64,000 bases of DNA, from NCBI GenBank assembly GCA_038821645.1, contig JAWBDT010000001.1, positions 64,001-128,000 on the forward strand, written 5' to 3'. The notes below the pieces were generated by a model that was not told where the DNA came from, ran no database searches, and saw only the letters and a list, made by a program, of their open reading frames with translations. The position numbers were made by a program, and so were the translations under genes. This stretch comes from Ignisphaera sp. (GTDB lineage Archaea > Thermoproteota > Thermoprotei_A > Sulfolobales > Ignisphaeraceae). Shown here piece after piece: positions 38,876-48,591 of the stretch; position 1 is the first letter of the stretch; the number at the start of each line of letters is the position of its first letter.

Positions 38876-39854
38876 AGAGAAAGTGTTTATGGAGCTTCGC
38901 TGGGATCCTGTTCAAGGAGAATGGATAATGGTGTCAAATCTACGTGGTTATAGACCTTGGCAACCAGAAACCTACTGTCCTTTTTGTCCTGGAGCGCCAG
39001 AAACAGGATATGGGTGGAGAGCACTAATATTAGAGAATAGATTTCCTATGCTAGTTCCAGAACCTCCAGAACCATCTAGACATAGTTTCTATGTAACAGC
39101 TAAATCAGTAGGCAGATGTTATGTTGTTGTAGAGTCACCTATTCATTCTCTTGATGATTTAAGTGATTTGCCACTAGATGATGTTGTTTATATTCTAGAT
39201 CTTGTTATAGAGAAACAGAAAGAGATTGAGAAAGAGAGTTACGCTACCTATTTCATATGGTTTAGAAACAAAGGAAAGGAGATAGGCGTCTCATTAACAC
39301 ATCCACATAGCCAGATATATGTAACACCATTTATTCCTTCTAAAATAGAGAGAGAGTTAAAGAATGCTGAAGAGTATTGGCGTAAAAATAATGAATGTCT
39401 TTTCTGTAGGATTCTAGAAGTTGAATCCTCTGATAAGATTAGAGTAGTATATAGTTCAGATTGCTGGATGGGTTTTATCCCATTTTATGCTCACTGGCCT
39501 TTCGAGGTACATATCTATCCTAAAAGACATGTTCAACTTATTACACAATTAACAAATAATGAGGTAAAGGATTTGGCCAAAGTTCTTAAAGTTGTTCTAT
39601 GTGGACTCAAGATATTGTTTTCAAAACCATCACCATACATAATGGTACTACATCAAGCTCCTCTCAAAGGTAGCTATAGCTACTATCATCTTCATATAGA
39701 GATCTACGGTATGTTTAGAGATGAAAACAAGATTAAGTATGCAGCAGGTATTGAAACTGGTGGAGGAAACTTTACATATGACTCTACTCCAGAAGATAAT
39801 GCACTTAAACTTAAAGAGAAGATAGATAAATGTAGAGAAGAACTAATAAGTTAA
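38853..39854 (+). CDS. galT: Galactose-1-phosphate uridylyltransferase
   Basis: CPFCPG, ENRFP, GVSLTHPHSQ (HPH active site), YHLHIE, AGIETG. Start may be the ATG at 38865. Confidence 0.92.
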   Translation: MVMIMRDREKVFMELRWDPVQGEWIMVSNLRGYRPWQPETYCPFCPGAPETGYGWRALILENRFPMLVPEPPEPSRHSFYVTAKSVGRCYVVVESPIHSLDDLSDLPLDDVVYILDLVIEKQKEIEKESYATYFIWFRNKGKEIGVSLTHPHSQIYVTPFIPSKIERELKNAEEYWRKNNECLFCRILEVESSDKIRVVYSSDCWMGFIPFYAHWPFEVHIYPKRHVQLITQLTNNEVKDLAKVLKVVLCGLKILFSKPSPYIMVLHQAPLKGSYSYYHLHIEIYGMFRDENKIKYAAGIETGGGNFTYDSTPEDNALKLKEKIDKCREELIS

Positions 39855-40825
39855 AGTTCTTTTAAAAGCTCTCTAACAGTCCTTCTCACAGCTTCAGTAG
39901 AAGTCATAGATGGTGTCCAGCCCAATTCTCTTAACTTTGTTATATCTAGCAACATAAACTTTACATCGCCATACCATCCACGACCATCACAAGTAGAAGG
40001 TCTAAATATGTACTCAACATTATTCAGACCCATTTCATCTACAACTATATCTGCTATTTCTTTTACGGTAATCCAGTCATGATTTCCAACATTATACACA
40101 TGGTAACCTTTATTTCGTGCACAAAGCTGGAGAAGTAGTAGTGATGCATTTACAGCATCTATTACATGTAAATAACTCTTTCTCTGTGTTCCATCACCTA
40201 GTATCTCAAGCTTCATGGGATCTCTTCTTAATTTGTTGATAAAGTCAACTATAACTCCATGTCTAGAACGTGAACCTATTATATTTGCGTATCTAGCTAT
40301 AGCGATGCTGAAACCATATAGGCTGTGGTATGAATGGTAAAGAATTTCACATGCAGCTTTAGAAGCTCCATAAACAGATATAGGCGCATAGGGATGTGTT
40401 TCTGGTGTAGGTATGGTTCTAGCATCTCCATAGACTGTAGAGCTTGATGCAAAGAAATGTATATCTACATCGTTTATACGTGAAGCCTCTAGAACATTAA
40501 ATGTTGCAACAATATTCTCATTGAAATGTATCTTAGGCTCTATAGATGATATCCTAACCTCAGGGTTGGCAGCTAGATGTATAATAGCATCAGCATCTCG
40601 AAACTTGTTGACCCATGAATTATCGAAATTCTTTAGATCTGCAACAACAAGTTCAACTTTTCCTGTATCTAGCTTATCCCTGATATTGTTTATAGATCCG
40701 CTACTCAAGTTATCTATCACGATAATATGATCTGCTATACCTTTCTCAATCAGCAAATCGATAAAGTGGCTACCTATGAAACCTGCTCCACCTGTGACAA
40801 CAATATTGCTAAACATATTGTTCAT
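39851..40825 (-). CDS. NAD-dependent epimerase/dehydratase (UDP-glucose 4-epimerase-like)
   Basis: TGGAGFIGS, HLAANPEV, ASSSTVYG, YGASK, GDGTQRKSY. Confidence 0.9.
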   Translation of the reverse strand: MNNMFSNIVVTGGAGFIGSHFIDLLIEKGIADHIIVIDNLSSGSINNIRDKLDTGKVELVVADLKNFDNSWVNKFRDADAIIHLAANPEVRISSIEPKIHFNENIVATFNVLEASRINDVDIHFFASSSTVYGDARTIPTPETHPYAPISVYGASKAACEILYHSYHSLYGFSIAIARYANIIGSRSRHGVIVDFINKLRRDPMKLEILGDGTQRKSYLHVIDAVNASLLLLQLCARNKGYHVYNVGNHDWITVKEIADIVVDEMGLNNVEYIFRPSTCDGRGWYGDVKFMLLDITKLRELGWTPSMTSTEAVRRTVRELLKEL

Positions 40826-41109
40826 ATTGCTATACCGATTCTAAGCTCTATTGGTGCTAGATTTAATATCTGTTTATTGTGTAATAAGTTGAACTAGTTG
40901 TTTGCTAAGTGGTATTGATGTAGAGGTAATGGACATAACTAAATTGATTGAGAACATCAGTACTTTATCGAAGTCAAAAGCTTTGATGAAGCCAATTCTT
41001 TTCAGAGTTTCTAGATAGAGAATAGTTACATCTACATTAATAATTCGTCATATAGTCTTCATGATGATCATTACTCAAAGATTCTTTATCATTCTCAAGA
41101 TATGGACTG

Positions 41110-41173
41110 TGATCAGACAAATGCCTTATCATCATTTATTTAGATTATCAGCTCCAGGGGTATTCTTCATACA
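41110..41173 (-). ncRNA. Box C/D 2'-O-methylation guide sRNA (dual guide)
   Basis: Minus strand reads: C box ATGAAGA (41170-41164), guide ATACCCCTGGAG, D' CTGA (41151-41148), 12-nt spacer, C' ATGATGA (41135-41129), guide TAAGGCATTTGT, D CTGA (41116-41113). Both guides are 12 nt. Intergenic, with TATA-like TTAAATA about 25-30 nt upstream. Confidence 0.82.
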
Positions 41174-41485
41174 ATCTAATGTCTATTCATCTTGATATTT
41201 AACTGCACCAATATATCTTTTACCTCTCATCTAATCTACACTTGTTAAAGAAGTAAATATAGCTTATAGTTATGTAGGATCTAGGTAACAGCTCTATTAT
41301 TCTATATCGAAGTAATAGATGTGTAGTTCTAGAATTCTATCTATGACTATTCCTCAGACAAAATCATTGCACACTAAGTTTACCTATTATTCAATATTCT
41401 ATCGCTATACAAAATGATAAATATATCGAGAACTCTAGCAAGTATACTCTACATTATTTGAGCCTTGGTTATATCCATTAATGGG

Positions 41486-41926
41486 CTATATATCTACAAC
41501 AAATGTTGCATACCACTTCTCTTTCTCTTTCCAGATCCTCATCTCATTATATGTTATAGCTTTCACAACTGTTCTAGGTTCATGTTTATTATGCTGAAAC
41601 TCTTCACCATAGATATATCCCTCGATACATATCTGCTTCTCTTCTCCATTAATCTCATACATTTTATTTACGATAAACTTGCTGAAGACCATGTTTTTAC
41701 TATCATGATGATACAGCATTTCTTCAAGCCATCTATACAGAAGATTTTCTATATCAAATCCACAAATATTTATAGGTATAGCAACTTTTGGTTCAACTCT
41801 ACTTGTATCAGTTATAATTTCAAAAACTGCTTTAGCAGCTTCTTCAAAAACTGCTTCAATACTTTCTCCCCAAACCTTTATAAGAACATCAGCTGTATGG
41901 TCTAAAAATTCAAATCCTCTATCCAT
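41486..41926 (-). CDS. Archease (RtcB tRNA-ligase cofactor)
   Basis: FEFLDHTADV, ENLLYRWLEE, VKAITY, C-terminal VVDI. Confidence 0.95.
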   Translation of the reverse strand: MDRGFEFLDHTADVLIKVWGESIEAVFEEAAKAVFEIITDTSRVEPKVAIPINICGFDIENLLYRWLEEMLYHHDSKNMVFSKFIVNKMYEINGEEKQICIEGYIYGEEFQHNKHEPRTVVKAITYNEMRIWKEKEKWYATFVVDI

Positions 41927-42224
41927 AAGTTACACCAATGCTATACCTCATATACTAAAATCTTTTAAACTGATAAAATAATTCATTAACTAACATCTAT
42001 ATCTAGATAGATCATAATCATTTTATTCAAGGTAGCAACAGAAATCAATGTCAGCTTGATCAGCTTTCTAGAGTAGTGTTTCTATTCAGAATTGCTATAA
42101 TACCACTAAAGATGTTCAGTAATACGTTGCTTGTGTTTGTTTAAGTTATTGATGAATGTATCTAGTGTTAGAATATGTGTTGATTCAGCTTAAGAAATAT
42201 ATTCTTGCTAATTATGAGACTGCT

Positions 42225-42788
42225 ATGGGCTCTACTTTGAGTATACAGGATATTGTTAATAAGGTTATAGAGTATCTGAAGTGGCATCCTAATGCAAAAC
42301 CTTCTGAAATAGCTGAATACCTTGGTGTTAATCTAAGAACCGTTAGAACTATTTTAACTAAGCTGAGGGTTAGAGGAATTGTTGTTAGGACAGATAAAGG
42401 TTATACACTAAAGGCCAGTTTTTACACAGATTCTCGAAATGTGCGAAGTAGTTCTGTAGAAGGATCTAGTAAACAAAGCTCTATTGATAGAGAGTTTATG
42501 GAACATGGATTAAATGTACCAGATATCGAGAATATTTTCGAGAAAATTAGAGAACTGGATAGCAAGATTAATAATATAGAGAACATTGTTAAAGAGCTTA
42601 AAAATACAGTACTAGAGATTGGTAACAAATCTATTAAAAGAAGTAATTGTGAAGCTCTCTATGAAGCTATAGAGCTTCTAAGAATGGGTCTAGAGGCTAT
42701 AAGATTGGGAGATCAACGCTCATTAGATAATGTGCTTACAGAATTAGAGAGTGTTGTAGAAGATTTGCGTAGATGTATATTGAGTTAA
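42225..42788 (+). CDS. Winged-HTH protein with C-terminal coiled coil
   Basis: VIEYLKWHPNAKPSEIAEYLGVNLRTVRTILTKLRVRGIV..TDKGY, a Ser-rich linker, then heptad repeats. Confidence 0.82.
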   Translation: MGSTLSIQDIVNKVIEYLKWHPNAKPSEIAEYLGVNLRTVRTILTKLRVRGIVVRTDKGYTLKASFYTDSRNVRSSSVEGSSKQSSIDREFMEHGLNVPDIENIFEKIRELDSKINNIENIVKELKNTVLEIGNKSIKRSNCEALYEAIELLRMGLEAIRLGDQRSLDNVLTELESVVEDLRRCILS

Positions 42789-42860
42789 TAATGTAGTGAA
42801 TCATCTGTTGAATTAGATACAGATAACTAACTGTATCCATGTATGGAACTTGAGGTAATG

Positions 42861-42898
42861 TTTATAAGCTTCTAAATTTATGCATATATGTGCATAAA
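42861..42898 (+). promoter_or_regulatory. TATA box plus palindromic operator candidate upstream of 42923
   Basis: TTTATAAG at 42861, then the inverted repeat TTTATGCA-TATATG-TGCATAAA at 42877-42898, near the expected transcription start. Confidence 0.6.
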
Positions 42899-42922
42899 AA
42901 ATTCAGCTAGAGTGAAGCAAGG

Positions 42923-43444
42923 ATGCAGCAGGTACGTGAAGAAAATATGAAAAAAGCGGCTGTTTGGGAAGAAGCATTACTTCAAGAGTTCATATACGCT
43001 ATAGGTCATATAAATCATGTAGAACAACACTTGATAGAAATCGATTCATCTACAGGTTTACCTATCTTTGGAGATATTATAGACATGTTTAGAGAGCAGA
43101 GAAAACTTGTTGGTCAGATAATGTTTCTTATAGAAAGGATTGAGGCAACTAAAAGTGACTCTGATATAAGATCCTCGTGGGAAAACATATGGTGTGCACT
43201 AAAACATGCTACTTCAGCTCTTATCCATATAGATGAATGTATAGAAAAATTGTTGAAAAAAGCTAGAGAAAGCGGTAATACTGTAATGCTGGAATGTGTT
43301 AAAACTCTTTTAAACATCAGGAGCAATATATTGAGGAACATAATTAACGTTATTAGGAGAGGGAAAGAAGCTTCATCAGCACTAGCTGAAGCAAGTGTTA
43401 GATGTAGAGAAGATTTGTGTATTGAAGAGGTTGAAAAGAGATGA
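42923..43444 (+). CDS. Hypothetical helical protein with His/Glu/Cys motifs
   Basis: HINHVEQH, WCALKH, HIDEC, RCREDLC; has its own TATA box. Confidence 0.78.
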   Translation: MQQVREENMKKAAVWEEALLQEFIYAIGHINHVEQHLIEIDSSTGLPIFGDIIDMFREQRKLVGQIMFLIERIEATKSDSDIRSSWENIWCALKHATSALIHIDECIEKLLKKARESGNTVMLECVKTLLNIRSNILRNIINVIRRGKEASSALAEASVRCREDLCIEEVEKR

Positions 43445-43719
43445 AGTCTTCAGGATACGTATTGCTTAAAGTTGTTGAAGATACACCTAAAAATATTAAG
43501 ACAAGGATATACAAGGTTATGAATGGAACAACAATTTCTATAAATAATAAGAGATATAGATCTAAAGGACTCATAAAGGACATTGATGGAGTAGCTCTAT
43601 CAGGATCTCTCTACTTAATACCGGTAAACAGTATTGCAACAGTAATTGATATACTTTCTCGAAAGGGTTTAGCAGATTTTATCCAGATAATCAATCTATG
43701 TAAATGTTTATGTGAATAA
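43441..43719 (+). CDS. Small hypothetical protein, possible Cas2/VapD-like ferredoxin fold
   Basis: ATGA-coupled to the upstream gene. Beta-alpha-beta pattern YVLLKV...TRIYKVMNG...KGLI..IDG..LSGSLYLIP; C-terminal CKCLC. Confidence 0.65.
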   Translation: MKSSGYVLLKVVEDTPKNIKTRIYKVMNGTTISINNKRYRSKGLIKDIDGVALSGSLYLIPVNSIATVIDILSRKGLADFIQIINLCKCLCE

Positions 43720-43758
43720 CAAGATCCTCTAGTTTGGATAACTAAATTTTAGTAAGAA

Positions 43759-44925
43759 TTATATGTTTAGAGCTTGAGATAAGTCTTCTATTATATCATC
43801 AACATCTTCTAGCCCTACAGAAAGTCTGACAAGATTCTCAGTAATCCCAAGCTTGACTTTATGTTCCGGCTCTATAAACATAGCTCCAGCTTTAACAGGT
43901 AGAACAGCCATACTCTCTGTTCCTCCCAAACTTGGACATCTCTTAACCAGCTTCAGCCTCTTTAAGAAGTTCACGACATCTTGATAACCACCCTTTATCT
44001 TGAAACTAACTACACCTCCAAATAGAGGTTTCTCAAATAGTTTCTTAGCAATTCCATGGTATGGATCTTTTTGTAGACCTGGATACATAACTTCCTCGAT
44101 TCTACTATGCTCAGCTAGGTATTCAGCAACAGCTTTAGCATTTTTGCTGTGTTTCTCAAATCTTATCTCTAGCGTCTTGATTCCTCTTAAAATCATGTAT
44201 GCTTCAAATGGCTGTAGAATTCCTCCAAACATTCTTCTCCATTCCCAGAGAATCTTTGTATCTGTTAATAATCCTGCAACAACTCCTCCTACAGCATCGT
44301 TGTGTCCCCCAAAGTACTTAGTCATACTATGTATCACAAGTTTAGCGCCATACCTAACTGGCTTAAGTAGTATAGGTGTTGTAAACGTGTTATCAACTAT
44401 AAGTACAGTCTTTTCAATATCTATGCTCTTGTAGATATAGTCGATATCTATAACCTTGTTCGTAGGATTGGTCATAACCTCTAAGAATATTATAGAAGTA
44501 TCTCTATCTACTGCTTCAATAATCGATTCTGCTGAAGGCCATACCTTAGATAACTTTATATTGAGTTTAGGAGCAATATTATTGAGTAGTGCAAGAGTTG
44601 AGCTATAGAGCTCCATAGGGACAATAACTCTATCTCCAGGTTTCAGTCTCCATATGAATGTTGTAGATATTGCAGCCATACCGCTATTGAATGCAAGTGC
44701 GTCTTCGGTATTCTCTAGCTTGGCAACTATTCTCTCTAATGCTCTTGTTGTTGGGTTTTCTTCTCTTCCATACCTAAGGTAGTTACCTCTATCAGTAAAT
44801 ACAGCCTCCTTCAACTCATAATCTATGTATTCATATACTACACCAAGATATATAGGCGGTATATGTGATCCATAGTTATCTTTATGTTCATGTCCATGAA
44901 TAGCAGTTGTAGAGGGTTTGGCCAA
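43759..44925 (-). CDS. Cystathionine gamma-synthase/lyase family PLP enzyme
   Basis: YGREENPT, FNSGMAAI, TNPT, VDNTF, HSMTKY (PLP Lys), SLGGTES, VRLSVGLE. Confidence 0.94.
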   Translation of the reverse strand: MAKPSTTAIHGHEHKDNYGSHIPPIYLGVVYEYIDYELKEAVFTDRGNYLRYGREENPTTRALERIVAKLENTEDALAFNSGMAAISTTFIWRLKPGDRVIVPMELYSSTLALLNNIAPKLNIKLSKVWPSAESIIEAVDRDTSIIFLEVMTNPTNKVIDIDYIYKSIDIEKTVLIVDNTFTTPILLKPVRYGAKLVIHSMTKYFGGHNDAVGGVVAGLLTDTKILWEWRRMFGGILQPFEAYMILRGIKTLEIRFEKHSKNAKAVAEYLAEHSRIEEVMYPGLQKDPYHGIAKKLFEKPLFGGVVSFKIKGGYQDVVNFLKRLKLVKRCPSLGGTESMAVLPVKAGAMFIEPEHKVKLGITENLVRLSVGLEDVDDIIEDLSQALNI

Positions 44926-45204
44926 AGCCTAGTTCACCAGTTTAAGCTAAATCATTGAAAAGCTTTTAAACTTTGTTAAAGAGAACAGTGATACAGTTAA
45001 AATGGTAATAATACATATATCAGAATAAAGATTTGATAGAAACTTATCATCTATTTAATGAATCTATACATTGTTTAATAATTGAATTCCTATATTATTT
45101 CTTTACCATCCTCTATAGATTAAATCCTTATGTGGATGTCTTCCTCAAATAATTTAAAATATGATATCTATTATCGAGATGTGTTAAAGTCAAGAAACAT
45201 GTAA

Positions 45205-45497
45205 CGCTATCTAGAAACAATATTTGAACTACTAAAAGGAAAGATATACAGAATGTTTATGGAATCCAATCTAAGAATTGATAGAAGATTTTAAGAAACT
45301 ATATGCTTATCAAAGGTATATCAATCACAACACTATATATCCATGGATCTAAAGAAAAGGTGTTTAATGAAGTATACAAGCTACTTAATGATATTAAAGA
45401 ACCTAGGACATTCATGTTTATGGATGCTGAAGCATCTGTAATTTATGGCACAGAGATAGAGAATATTTTTGTAGCTACAGAAGTTGCAAAAATGTAG
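45205..45497 (+). pseudogene. Frameshifted C-terminal remnant of a uroporphyrinogen decarboxylase/methyltransferase-family gene
   Basis: One frame gives LETIFELLKGKIY (45211); another gives *KILRNYMLIKGISITTLYIHGSKEKVFNEVYKLLNDIKEP..F.F...GTEIENI, resembling the URO-D C-terminus (GTPEEV...KEPGGFI...ENI). Confidence 0.55.
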
Positions 45498-46031
45498 CAA
45501 GTATAAGTGATTTCTAAATACGCATTTTTAAATAATTATTATTTCTATTCTACTGAAATTAGGTAAAAGGATTTAATATACGTAGTACTCATCATAAAAT
45601 GTAGTAATTTCATTTACTCCTCTCTATTGATTGTAGAGACTGTGACAATAATCACATTCTAGAAATACATACTGCTCCATCATATATATATAGAAAGTTT
45701 ATGTAATGCTTTAAAATTTTTGTATGAATCACCAAAAATATTGTTTCTTATTTGTACGTGAGTAACTATCTAGAGGTATAGGGGTAGTAGATAGATGAAT
45801 GTATATTTAGTAATTAAGATAATTTAGAAAATAATATATGAATACCATTATTGATTAGCACACTTTTACAGTTCTTATAGCCACAAAATACTCTCTATCT
45901 TTGCATCCAGAAGTGTATCATAAACAAATAATTCTACCATATCTAGAAATTAATTATAAGTATTGAATGCTTTAATGATGATAGAGCTTTAGTTTAAATA
46001 GCTCCATATTAATCATTAACATCTACATATA

Positions 46032-46994
46032 CTACACTATTTTACCAGACACATAATCCCAAGATGTTTTCTTAAGCGGTAGACCTCTTATTGATAATGT
46101 TTTAGTATTTATAGCTATGCCTATTACATATGGTTTAAATCCTATGCTCCTCATAAGCTCTAAGACTTCATCCATATACATTCTGTTAACCACTAAAATA
46201 GGTGTATATTCTTCGTTAGATCTCATAATGATATCTATCTTTTCTAGGTTCTCACTATATGCATAATTTAAGGCTATTGGATGTAGAAGTTCATGGGGAT
46301 CAAAATCTATGTATATACCTACGTTATTTAGTTTGGATAGAATCTCTATAGTTTCATAGAGAGTATCGCTTATATCTATTGATCCTGTTAAGCCTATTCT
46401 TGCTCTCTCTATACAGTCAACTATTTTTGGATCTATGGAAGGTCTACAAGAAAACTTCCTAACGTCCTCATCTATGGGTACCCTATTCCTTGTATACTCT
46501 ATGTAGGCTATATATGATAATCCTATGGGTCTAGGGATAATAAGCATATCTCCAGATCTAGTTCTTCTCTGCAAAGGAAGATATCTACATGTAGCTAAAA
46601 TGAATACATCTATCCATATGTCGTTGCCTACATTAGTATCTACATTCTCTATGAAACCACCATAGACATTAACAGCATCATTAACCCCCTTAACCATCTC
46701 CTCGACAGCATCAACATTATCCGATCTGACACCTATAGAAACAGCATACACATAAGGTCTACAACCTTTAGAAAAAACATCACTTACAGCTGCAGTAACA
46801 GCTTTAAATCCAAGATCGCGATAACTACACCAAGGATATCTAGCTCTTGATTCAGCAAAACCATCAACCTTTAAAACAAAATATTCATCATTAATCTTAA
46901 AACCACCAGCATCATCTAACCACATCAATAACGAAGCTGGATGCCTCCTTATCTCTCTAGCCAACCTCATAACATATTCGTTTAAATTCGTCAT
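46032..46994 (-). CDS. thiL: Thiamine-monophosphate kinase-like (PurM/ThiL fold)
   Basis: DDAG, LKVDGF, GFKAVTAAVSD, DISD, EEY. Confidence 0.75.
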   Translation of the reverse strand: MTNLNEYVMRLAREIRRHPASLLMWLDDAGGFKINDEYFVLKVDGFAESRARYPWCSYRDLGFKAVTAAVSDVFSKGCRPYVYAVSIGVRSDNVDAVEEMVKGVNDAVNVYGGFIENVDTNVGNDIWIDVFILATCRYLPLQRRTRSGDMLIIPRPIGLSYIAYIEYTRNRVPIDEDVRKFSCRPSIDPKIVDCIERARIGLTGSIDISDTLYETIEILSKLNNVGIYIDFDPHELLHPIALNYAYSENLEKIDIIMRSNEEYTPILVVNRMYMDEVLELMRSIGFKPYVIGIAINTKTLSIRGLPLKKTSWDYVSGKIV

Positions 46995-48591
46995 ATATTT
47001 TTAAACCTCTAGGTATTGAGTTACTGGATAAATATTAAATGATTTACTTGTTTTAGATCCTAGATAGAATAATACTGTCAGTAAGGAACTCTCTACACAC
47101 TCTTTGAATCTCCTGAAGTATGTTTCACATATTTAGTAATAGAATATTGGAATAATATTTGGAAATTTATGTTAATGTAGATAATTCATATGGAGAATAA
47201 AACTCGAGTCTTATTTAGTAACAATTGTTAAGTTCATTGATCATGAATCATGCAAAACTATTGTATTAGAGAGTTTCTATATACCTCTTTAAGCTATTTG
47301 GTTTTGAATTAGTTTCTATAATTGGATAGAATGGTGTATAAATATGAGAGAACTATAAATGATTCTACCATAGTTATATATGTCATGTAATTGAATGAGA
47401 AAACAAGTTTATTACATAATCTATTGTTTATAATATCTTCATTCTTCCTCGAATCTCATCAGTTCATCATTTGGTTTATCTCATACCCATATCTTGATTT
47501 CTATGTCTAACAGCTATATGGCTTATGACTGTTGTTGTAACTAGCACTACTACTATATGAATTCTATATAGAATGCTATTATTAAGAAACACCTACTTGT
47601 TATCAGATGTCACGAATTCTTCATGATCTGTAACATAGATGTATATAATCAAATATCAAGAGACTTATTAGAAGTAGGGTAAGAGCCTGAAGTATTTGTT
47701 GAATTATGTAGATCTATCGACATTATATTTAGGTCATCTATTACATATAGCTACCTAGCGTTTAGTGTTGTTTGATCTATATCCACTTAACTTTGGTTGC
47801 TGGTTTAGACCTCTTCACATTATCAGTATAATCTTCATCTACATGAGCTTCGTATTCATTTAGTCTACTGTCTATCTATTACTAGAACATATGCTTCATG
47901 TCCAATCCCTAATAATCTATTGATCTACTATCTAAACATATTTTGCATTCTTATGTCGTTATATGTATTACCATAGTATTTGATCTATTTCTGGAAACTT
48001 TAACGAGAATCTTACTAATATCAAATTGATGTAAGTTATCGTCTAGAAATATTTAAAGCAGAAGGAAATACAAAATAGAGATGGATTCTACTACTAATCA
48101 TATATAGATTGTAAGTATTGATAGAGGATCATATGAGAAATGCTTATGTATAGTATGTTGATTCCAGATAAAAGATCTTAGCCTAATTAAGCAAATTGAT
48201 AGAAGAACCTCATGGTCAAATACTAATAGTTTGTTTCGATAAACAGTGTTATACATATGTTGGAGAAATTATATGTTATTGTGAAGATAAGTAAAGATGA
48301 TAATGTCATAAAATGGCGATATAGAGATACATTAATACATCTTTTGTAAAACTTGTGTATAGGGAGATATTATCTCTATGATCGATAATGTTCTGGTTGT
48401 AGGAATAAACCAAAGAAAATAGCGGTAAAAACATTAGATAAATGAGAGCTATAGATGGTAGTTTAAACAAATAAAATAGACTTTATTCACCTATTAGACA
48501 CATAAAGATAGTGTATAAGATAATAACTAATACATGTAGTGTAGATCGATACAGAAGGTATGTAACTACTCTATTAATAGCTAGTGAATGA

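Noticed and set aside
41465-41905. 146-aa plus-strand ORF
   Set aside because: Antisense shadow of archease.
43441-43719. Calling this gene cas2 or a CRISPR locus
   Set aside because: No repeat-spacer array or other cas genes in the window; the resemblance is fold-level and by eye only.
47440-47480. ATGATGA/CTGATGA box-like words on the minus strand (similar words near 3500, 41061 and 51790)
   Set aside because: No correctly spaced D'/C'/D boxes, so not called as C/D sRNAs.
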